Source of the DNA: Candidatus Lokiarchaeum ossiferum
GTDB lineage: Archaea; Asgardarchaeota; Lokiarchaeia; Sigyniarchaeales; Promethearchaeaceae
Length of the DNA: 32,000 nucleotides
Assembly (NCBI GenBank): GCA_025839675.1
Contig: CP104013.1
Coordinates: 2,700,001-2,732,000 of the forward strand
Reading direction: 5' to 3'
In this document: positions 17,495-23,980 of the stretch, one piece after another
How positions within the stretch are numbered: the stretch's first letter is position 1
How the letters are laid out: each line of letters starts with the position of its first letter
Notes under the pieces: model-generated
The model's database searches: none
Seen by the model: the letters and a program-made list of their open reading frames with translations, nothing else
What the model was told of the DNA's origin: nothing
Translations under genes and position numbers: made by a program

Positions 17495-17572
17495 TTAATC
17501 ACACAATCGATCCTCTAGATCGGATCACCACACCGTTTGATAGCAAACAACTCCCATCTAGAGGATCACCAC
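17495..17572 (+). repeat. conserved-box / variable-stem hairpin element, copy A (78 nt)
   Basis: TTAATCACAC-aatc-[GATCCTCTAGAT]-cgg-ATCACCAC-acc-(GTTTG-atag-CAAAC)-aactccc-[ATCTAGAGGATC]-ACCAC. 12/12 bp basal stem and a 5-bp apical stem. About half G+C by hand count, in very AT-rich flanks. Confidence 0.7.
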
Positions 17573-17732
17573 TGGTAAATCAATGCAAAATTATTGCAGT
17601 AATGGGAATTTTGTTTAGTGAATTTTTTTCATTTGAATGTAATTATGAAAAATGACGAAAAAATCATAATTCACTTTTTTTATCTATATTATTAAGTTAT
17701 TTTAAATTATTTCAGATTTTTAATATTCATAA

Positions 17733-17741
17733 TTGGGCCAA
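17733..17741. promoter_or_regulatory. palindrome TTGG-g-CCAA upstream of SBP-2
   Basis: Counterpart of 15431-15439 in the paralogous upstream region. Confidence 0.3.
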
Positions 17742-17910
17742 CTAAGTCTTTCCATTTTTCATATATTTTGAAATACCTTGAATAGAATAACCATCTAATC
17801 AATTTGGTAAATATTCTATTCTTAAAATTAATAATATTCGGCCTTTTCTCGGTTTTATTTTTGCCGAATTTTAATTTGGATAAACTAGATTGATGAACAA
17901 GGGTCAAAAA

Positions 17911-17930
17911 GCAAGGATTTATATAGTAAT
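17911..17930 (+). promoter_or_regulatory. BRE/TATA-like promoter block of SBP-2
   Basis: GCAAGGATTTATATAGTAAT, the paralogous counterpart of 15561-15580. It lies about 75 nt upstream of the ATG at 18000. Confidence 0.4.
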
Positions 17931-17999
17931 TTTTCTATGTTTATCTTGTTCTTAAATCTCACCATTTCTAAAAATCGAAATTAAGAACATGTGATTGAA

Positions 18000-19748
18000 A
18001 TGAAACACACGAAAATGTATGTCGTAATGGCTGCCCTTCTCTTTAGCACTATGATCCCAGCAATGGTCATGGCTGAAGAAGAAGTAGCTGAACGACCGTT
18101 TATATATGGCGTTAGTTCTTTGGTGGTAAATTTAGATCCACAAAATGCTTGGGACAGCGCTTCAGGAGATATGATCACGCAAATCAGCGAAGGTCTTTTT
18201 TCCTATGACTTAACCGATCCTAACCTAGCGATCCAACCACAACTTGCCAAAGACTTTGGAAATTGGTCTGAAGATGCAACAGAATACACAGTTGAACTCA
18301 AACAGGGAGTAAAATTCCACGATGGAGAGGATTTCACAGCAGATGATGTTGTATTTTCTTTTGAACGCTTAGAATTCTTTTGCGTGAATGAAACACAAAC
18401 CCAAATTGCAGAATTATATGAACCATTAGCTTCCTTATATCCAAATACACCTCTTTTAATCAACAAAACCGAAGCTATTGATGATTATACAGTCAAATTC
18501 ACCTTAAACTACCCATATGTAGCATTTGAACCTTTGTTATGTTTCTATGGATCAGTTATTTTGTCTGAAAAAAGCACACCCGCTGAAGAATATTTAGTTA
18601 CTGCCACAGACACTTTAATTGGAACGGGACCATATTATCAAGAATCAAACAACGACCGATTGACTGTCTACAAATATTTTGAGGATTATTACGGCGAACA
18701 CATTCCTGAAATTAAAGAAATGCACTGGGTACTATATGATGATGCCACCACCTTAAATCAAGCATTTTTATCTGGAGATGTGGATGCTGTTGGTGCAATC
18801 TCCCTAGAATTTATGAGTGAATATGCAGGGAGTGAATTCCATGAAGTTGGCGACCGCTTACAAGGAACAGTAATCATCTATTTAGGGATGGATAATGATG
18901 TAATTGGTGTTAACACACGTTTTGCAATACGAGACGCCATTAACTATACTTACATTATTGAAGAATTAGGAAAGGGTGAATTAGCCCAAATGACTTCCAT
19001 TGTCCCAAAAGGTATCATGTATCATGATGAAAGCATTAAAGCACCTGTTCAAAACATAACATCTGCCCGATTGCATATTTTAGATGCAATTGCTGCTGGA
19101 GAATTAACAGCCCCATCAGGCTTTGATTTAGACGAGACTAGCGCCGATGAAGAATGGGAAGCTGCCGAAATTGCCAGCTATTCATATACCTATAATGCAG
19201 GAAATGCGATGCGAGAAGGAGTTGGAGAACTATGCAAAGCAAACTTGGCCAAAATTGGTATTTCCGTCGCGGTCACTGGAAAAACATGGGGTGAATTCTT
19301 AAACGATTTAAACAATGCAGAAGTTGAAATCTACATGCTTGGATGGGGTCCGGATTATAATGATCCAAGTAATTTTATCAACCCTCTCATGTCAAATACC
19401 TCTTCAGCTAACGCAGCTCATGTAAACGACAGCAAATTGCAAAAAATGATGTCTGATGGTTTAACTGAAACAAATATGACTGCCCGTGAAGAAATTTACA
19501 AGGAAATGCAAAATTATATCAATGACGAAATTGTTCCATGGGCCTACTTGTACGTCTCAAATAGTCGATCAGTAAGATACATTGGTGTCGAAAACACTTG
19601 TCGTAATGCAATGGGAATTCCATATTTCTACTTATGGACGTTTGATTACACAAAAATACCAAAAGGGATCCCTGGTTTCAATATATTAGCAATCTTCGGA
19701 ATTGCAGCTATTTCCTTTTCAGGATTGATGTATAAAAAACGAAACTAA
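18000..19748 (+). CDS. ABC-type solute-binding protein, family 5, secreted, PGF-CTERM-like anchor; paralogue 2
   Basis: Collinear with paralogue 1 over the full length, roughly 85-90 percent identical by eye. Same signal peptide, and C-terminus GIPGFNILAIFGIAAISFSGLMYKKRN. The track ORF starts at a GTG at 17991, which I read as the SD-like GTGAT. Confidence 0.85.
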   Translation: MKHTKMYVVMAALLFSTMIPAMVMAEEEVAERPFIYGVSSLVVNLDPQNAWDSASGDMITQISEGLFSYDLTDPNLAIQPQLAKDFGNWSEDATEYTVELKQGVKFHDGEDFTADDVVFSFERLEFFCVNETQTQIAELYEPLASLYPNTPLLINKTEAIDDYTVKFTLNYPYVAFEPLLCFYGSVILSEKSTPAEEYLVTATDTLIGTGPYYQESNNDRLTVYKYFEDYYGEHIPEIKEMHWVLYDDATTLNQAFLSGDVDAVGAISLEFMSEYAGSEFHEVGDRLQGTVIIYLGMDNDVIGVNTRFAIRDAINYTYIIEELGKGELAQMTSIVPKGIMYHDESIKAPVQNITSARLHILDAIAAGELTAPSGFDLDETSADEEWEAAEIASYSYTYNAGNAMREGVGELCKANLAKIGISVAVTGKTWGEFLNDLNNAEVEIYMLGWGPDYNDPSNFINPLMSNTSSANAAHVNDSKLQKMMSDGLTETNMTAREEIYKEMQNYINDEIVPWAYLYVSNSRSVRYIGVENTCRNAMGIPYFYLWTFDYTKIPKGIPGFNILAIFGIAAISFSGLMYKKRN

Positions 19749-19760
19749 GGTATTATTAGA

Positions 19761-19776
19761 TTTTTTTTTTTTTTTT
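19761..19776 (+). terminator. oligo-T tract (T16) after SBP-2
   Basis: Uninterrupted T16 beginning 13 nt after the stop codon. Confidence 0.5.
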
Positions 19777-19813
19777 GAATATACCCTATCACACTGCTCA
19801 AATCACTTTGTTT

Positions 19814-19884
19814 TTAATCACACTCGATCTTCAGGACAGGTCACCACTTTGCTTTGGAAAGCATTCCTGTCCTGAGGGTCCCAT
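19814..19884 (+). repeat. conserved-box / variable-stem hairpin element, copy B (71 nt)
   Basis: TTAATCACAC-tc-[GATCT TCAGGACAGG]-TCACCAC-tt-(TGCTT-tgga-AAGCA)-tt-[CCTGTCCTGA GGGTC]-CCAT. 15-bp basal stem, two of whose pairs are T-G (G-U only on the + strand). 5-bp apical stem. Confidence 0.7.
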
Positions 19885-19975
19885 TTTAAAATAATTAGCT
19901 TATATCCAAAGGAATTTTGATGTCTGCAATAGATTCAAGCAATATTAAGAAGGAAAAAAAAAAAATGATTGAAAT

Positions 19976-20034
19976 TTAATCACACAATAGATCAATAGAA
20001 AAAAGTCACCACACTCTTTTCTAAGGGTCACCAC
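19976..20034 (+). repeat. conserved-box / variable-stem hairpin element, copy C (59 nt, short form)
   Basis: TTAATCACAC-aata-[GATC-aa-TAGAAAAAAG]-TCACCAC-a-[CTCTTTTCTA-ag-GGTC]-ACCAC. 9/10 upper-stem pairs plus a GATC/GGTC base. The loop is just TCACCACA. Confidence 0.65.
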
Positions 20035-20280
20035 TATACACAATCTATCTATAAAATATTAAGAGATATCAACTTTTAAAATTATTTTATTACGATGGTT
20101 TTCGGTAAAAAATCAAGTAAAAATAATCAAATTTCGAATTTTATGAGCTGAATGTATATCACAAAATTGGGGATTTAGAGTAGAAGGTCATTTCTGGTTA
20201 GAAAATTGGTTAAAACGTCCCCTTTTATATATTTGAGATAAATTCAATAATAACATCCTTTTTTCGGATATTCATTCACT

Positions 20281-20296
20281 AAAAAAGAAAAAAAAG
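20281..20296 (-). terminator. oligo-T tracts (minus strand) after the oxidoreductase operon
   Basis: The plus strand reads AAAAAAGAAAAAAAAA, giving T9 and T6 runs on the minus strand about 25 nt downstream of the beta-subunit stop at 20319-20321. Confidence 0.4.
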
Positions 20297-20318
20297 GTTT
20301 TTTTGCAATATTTTGTGT

Positions 20319-21242
20319 CTACTCAAGATCGCCTTGTAAACGAAGTTCATTTTCCAATTCTGCCCAGAGGTCATCAATATATTGATTCCATTGACCAATT
20401 ATTTCTTCAGACATACCCTTGAATCGATTTTGCTTAGCTAAATAATCTCGAATATCCTTGCGCTTTTCTTTATTTAGATAGCGTTTACTTGGTTGAGAAA
20501 TAGTTAATTTTCCATTCTCACGTTCGAATAGAGGCCAATATCCTGATTCAACAGCCATTCGTGTCATTTGAATCGAATCACTCATTGGAAATCCCCAACC
20601 TGGTGGACAAGATCCGAGAATTTCAATATAGCGAACACCTTGACCATTATATTCACGAGCTTTCTTGAATTTTTCATAAATATCCCGTGGATGACTAATT
20701 GAACAGGTGGCAATATAACTTAACCCATGAGCAGCCATAATTTTAAGCATATTCTTTTTGACTTGCACTTTTCCTTTAATTGGAGTGGTTGTAGTCTTTG
20801 CACCAAAAGGCGTAGCACCAGATCTTTGAATTCCAGTATTCATGTATGCCTCATTGTTAACACAAGCAAAAATGAAGTTATCACCCCGTTCAGCAGCACC
20901 ACTTAATCCTTGAATTCCAATATCATAAGTTCCCCCATCACCAGCCCATGCGAGAACAACAATTTCTTTATCTTTCCCTTGAGCTTTAAGTGCTGCAGAA
21001 GCTCCGGCAGCATTAGCTGCTACGGTTTCAAAACAACAATAAAAAGCTGGAACCTTCATAGGAGTATAACCACCAACACCACCGCACACAGTAGAGCATG
21101 ATGCTGGATTAGTTATGATTGTTTTTGGACCAAGAGCTTTAAGTGCCCAGCGATAGGCAAGTTGAATTCCACATCCGGAACATAATCGAGTTCCCGATTG
21201 AATATATTCTTCTTCAGGCAATTCAGAAATTTTTAAGACCAT
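20319..21242 (-). CDS. 2-oxoacid:ferredoxin oxidoreductase, beta (TPP-binding) subunit (pyruvate or 2-ketoisovalerate type)
   Basis: CSGCG N-terminal Cys motif. TPP motif WAGDGGTYDIGIQGLSGAAERG..........NNEAYMNTG. Confidence 0.9.
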   Translation of the reverse strand: MVLKISELPEEEYIQSGTRLCSGCGIQLAYRWALKALGPKTIITNPASCSTVCGGVGGYTPMKVPAFYCCFETVAANAAGASAALKAQGKDKEIVVLAWAGDGGTYDIGIQGLSGAAERGDNFIFACVNNEAYMNTGIQRSGATPFGAKTTTTPIKGKVQVKKNMLKIMAAHGLSYIATCSISHPRDIYEKFKKAREYNGQGVRYIEILGSCPPGWGFPMSDSIQMTRMAVESGYWPLFERENGKLTISQPSKRYLNKEKRKDIRDYLAKQNRFKGMSEEIIGQWNQYIDDLWAELENELRLQGDLE

Positions 21243-21243
21243 T

Positions 21244-22506
21244 TTAATTTTCCTCCTTTTTATAACCCAACTCTTCTAATTGAGTTCCTATAAATTCAGT
21301 ATGTACATTTGCTTGGATATCATGATTTCCTTGTTCTGCAATGGATTTTTTAACACTATTGTATAAATCATCATGGGTTACATCCCGTCCACCGAGCCCA
21401 ACAATGAAGCTCCGAATTTCGGGGTGATTATTTCCAGCATACAAAGCAGCTTTTAATTCATACGATAAGATTCCTTCGTATCCATAACCTACATCACGAT
21501 CGAAGACCACAATAAGTTTTGCATTGCTGAAGGCTTCTCGCAAATATTTTACCGGGAAAGGACGGAAAAGTTTTAGACTGATTAAACCTACTTTTAATCC
21601 ATCTTCTCGGAGAGTATCGACCACACCACGGGATTCAGAAGCAACCGATCCAACACCAAAAATTAGCACTTCGGCATCTTCGGCTTTATAGGCTTTGTAG
21701 ATCCCATTTCCATAAGATCGTCCAAACTTGGCTTCAAAATCTTTAGCTACTTCTTCAATGACTTCAAATGCGTATTCATGGGCCTTTTGCATGGAATATC
21801 GGAATTCGTAATAACCTGGAGTTTTTCCTTCGGGGCGTACTGACATTCCTGGAGGAGTCACAGCATTGACACTTTTAATATTGTTAAAATCTGTTAAATT
21901 AATGTGGTGTTTTAATGGGGGAAGAAATTCATCTACTTTTTCTTGGTCCTCAATTTGCACAGGCATCATAGTATGAGATAAAATATAACCATCATAACTG
22001 ACAAATGCAGGTAAATAAACACGTGGATCTTCAGCAACGCGATATGACATTAAAACAGTATCATATGCCTCTTGATTTGTTTCAACAAATTGTTGGATAA
22101 ATCCCACATCTCTCACAGAGAATGCATCTTGATGGTCTGTCCAGACCGACCACGGAGCACCTAATGCACGAGTTGCAATACACATGACGACAGGTAAACG
22201 AGATCCAGCAGCCCAACATAGCAATTCGTACATATAGGCAAGACCATTTGCACTAGATGCAGTAAAAACACGAGAACCCATTTGACTGGCTGCTATAACA
22301 GCTGCAATCGCGCTTTGTTCGCTTTCGACGGTAACAAATTGGGTATTTCCCATTTCTTCTGCTTCAACAAATTCAGATATTTTTTCAACAACAGGACTTT
22401 GAGGAGTAATCGGATAGGCGGCGACTACTTCAACACGCGCACTTCTGCACGCATAAGCCGCTGCATGATTACCAGTAATTACTTTTTTTTCGGGCACTTT
22501 TAGCAC
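21244..22506 (-). CDS. 2-oxoacid:ferredoxin oxidoreductase, alpha subunit
   Basis: ITGNHAAAYACRSARVEVVAAYPITPQSPVVE, typical of the POR/VOR alpha N-terminus. 420 aa. One-nt gap to the beta subunit. Confidence 0.9.
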   Translation of the reverse strand: MLKVPEKKVITGNHAAAYACRSARVEVVAAYPITPQSPVVEKISEFVEAEEMGNTQFVTVESEQSAIAAVIAASQMGSRVFTASSANGLAYMYELLCWAAGSRLPVVMCIATRALGAPWSVWTDHQDAFSVRDVGFIQQFVETNQEAYDTVLMSYRVAEDPRVYLPAFVSYDGYILSHTMMPVQIEDQEKVDEFLPPLKHHINLTDFNNIKSVNAVTPPGMSVRPEGKTPGYYEFRYSMQKAHEYAFEVIEEVAKDFEAKFGRSYGNGIYKAYKAEDAEVLIFGVGSVASESRGVVDTLREDGLKVGLISLKLFRPFPVKYLREAFSNAKLIVVFDRDVGYGYEGILSYELKAALYAGNNHPEIRSFIVGLGGRDVTHDDLYNSVKKSIAEQGNHDIQANVHTEFIGTQLEELGYKKEEN

Positions 22507-22844
22507 ACTCCATCACGGGATTCTTTTTCAGAAACCATTTCAATACATTTTGTTGGACATTCAGTCGCACAGATCCCACAACCTTTACAATAATCAAGAT
22601 TAAAGGTCGGAGGGATTGTTCGAGTGACAGTATTTTCTGGACAATACATCCAGCAAAAATGGCAAGTAGGTTTCCCAGTTTTCACAACCGTACATCGACT
22701 TGCATCAATTACTGGGCGAACTGTTCGCCAAGAACCGGTTTTTCCAGCTTCCCCAACAGCAGGAGTCTGCATTGAGGCAAGAATGGAACGAGAAATATTT
22801 TTCTCATAGTTTGCATCTTTTTCTGTAAATACCATTTTTATCAT
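22500..22844 (-). CDS. 2-oxoacid:ferredoxin oxidoreductase, delta (2x[4Fe-4S] ferredoxin-like) subunit
   Basis: GSWRTVRPVID, then CxxC...CP and CKGCGICATECP motifs. Overlaps the alpha-subunit start by 7 nt. Confidence 0.85.
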   Translation of the reverse strand: MIKMVFTEKDANYEKNISRSILASMQTPAVGEAGKTGSWRTVRPVIDASRCTVVKTGKPTCHFCWMYCPENTVTRTIPPTFNLDYCKGCGICATECPTKCIEMVSEKESRDGVC

Positions 22845-22855
22845 CCCTTAGTAAA

Positions 22856-23443
22856 TTAATTAACTTCTCCCACTTCAGCAAGTTCAGCAGCCATTTGAGC
22901 CGCTTTCACATTTAGGGCCGTTTTTGAACTAGCTCCAAATTTATTTTCAATAGCCTTTTGTGCATCAGCTAAATTGATCTTCACCGATGATTTGGTAATA
23001 ACGCCTAATACCGAAGTATTCACAATTGGTTGATTTTCTTTGGTTGTTAATTTCAAATCAAAAGCAATCTGGGTTAAATCCGCAGTAACAATCGTAATTT
23101 TTGAATCTCCAAAATCATAAGTTTCTCGAATTTCACTAGGACATTTGGGAGTATTTAAGATAAGAGCACCTGTTTCTTTTATACTGCTTATAATATGTGT
23201 TCCAAAAACGGTTTCATCTAAAACAATGGCATAATCTGCTTTTTCAATATGGGCACGAGTCCAAATTGGAGTATCTGAGATCCTACAAAATGCTTGAACA
23301 GGCGCACCACGCCGTTCGGTCCCAAAACTTGGAAAAGCAGACACTTCGGGATAGTTTCCACTAAGGATTGCCGCATCTGCAAGAATTTTACCTGCAGTCA
23401 CAGCACCCATCCCACCTCTTCCGTAAAATATAATTTCTATCAT
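22856..23443 (-). CDS. 2-oxoacid:ferredoxin oxidoreductase, gamma subunit
   Basis: MIEIIFYGRGGMGAVTAGKILADAA...FPSFGTERRGAPVQAFCRIS. The track ORF starts 24 nt further upstream (23467). The MIEI start at 23443 fits family N-termini. Confidence 0.85.
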   Translation of the reverse strand: MIEIIFYGRGGMGAVTAGKILADAAILSGNYPEVSAFPSFGTERRGAPVQAFCRISDTPIWTRAHIEKADYAIVLDETVFGTHIISSIKETGALILNTPKCPSEIRETYDFGDSKITIVTADLTQIAFDLKLTTKENQPIVNTSVLGVITKSSVKINLADAQKAIENKFGASSKTALNVKAAQMAAELAEVGEVN

Positions 23444-23980
23444 GTTCGTCACCAAGCAATTCCACAAATATGTGAAAATTTGTTGCTTTTTTCGTACATT
23501 GGATCATTTTTCAATCCGGATTTATTAAAATACACCATTATCCCCGCAAAAATAACCATTCTAAAATATCCTCGATACGGGGAATGCATCGGATTAACGA
23601 TTAATCATAATACTTATTTACATTTAATTTTTCTATTTATGATGATTTTGGGAGAAAGAACCCACTTTCTAAAAAATTTCCATGAAAAAATATCTTCAAC
23701 TTTTTATTGGTTGGGTTTTAATGAACTTGTTTTGGAAAGGGAACAACTGAGTTTTGAGAGAATTTAAAGCACAATAATTCCATTTCTAATGATTTTAATG
23801 AGTACCCTAGAAAAATACTCTTAATAACTCCTTCCGATTGGCACTAATAAAAATAAACGATTGTTCCAAATGAAAAAATAGTTTTACCCATTATAATTCT
23901 CAAGAAATACCGACAAATAGTTTTTAATTTAAATGCACAGATTTTTTACAAATAATTCATTTTAATCATTTGTATAAAAT

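Noticed and set aside
17525-17557. Minus-strand micro-ORF inside element copy A. GGTGATCC (a perfect SD) is followed 5 nt later by ATG GGA GTT GTT TGC TAT CAA ACG GTG TGG TGA (10 codons). A 17-codon analogue starts at 19884 in copy B.
   Set aside because: The ATGs are at non-homologous positions in A and B. Copy C has no ATG at all, and the peptides share no similarity. The SD-like strings are simply the reverse complement of the conserved TCACC boxes.
17707-17907. 66-aa minus-strand ORF in the spacer between the two SBP genes.
   Set aside because: It has the composition of translated AT-rich DNA (K/N/I/F-rich). It overlaps the conserved SBP-2 upstream block including the TTGGgCCAA site. No counterpart ORF exists in the paralogous region upstream of SBP-1.
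17495-20034. Interpretation of the hairpin elements as integron attC sites (gene cassette followed by an imperfect palindrome of variable length).
   Set aside because: There is no IntI-type tyrosine recombinase in the window. There are no RYYYAAC/GTTRRRY core sites. The conserved boxes are direct rather than inverted repeats. The cassettes would carry their own promoters and spacers of about 0.5 kb. I kept this only as a remote alternative.
17495-20034. Interpretation of the elements as MITEs, IS200/IS605 ends or REP-like repeats.
   Set aside because: There is no transposase, TnpB or RAYT gene, and no target-site duplications in the flanks. Mobile-element copies conserve the stem sequence itself, whereas here only the pairing is conserved.
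23639-23750. Possible C/D box sRNA (AUGAUGA at 23639-23645, CUGA at 23747-23750). Similar UGAUGA strings occur at about 7722 and 17891.
   Set aside because: The C and D boxes are about 108 nt apart, whereas archaeal C/D sRNAs are about 50-70 nt. There are no internal C'/D' boxes and no terminal pairing. The other UGAUGA strings have no CUGA within range.
23294-23767. 157-aa + strand ORF spanning the gamma-subunit start and the PAN/oxidoreductase divergent spacer.
   Set aside because: Its first third is antisense to the well-supported gamma subunit. The rest is AT-rich spacer translated into Phe/Ile/Lys/Asn-rich sequence with no motif, no SD-like sequence and no promoter context.
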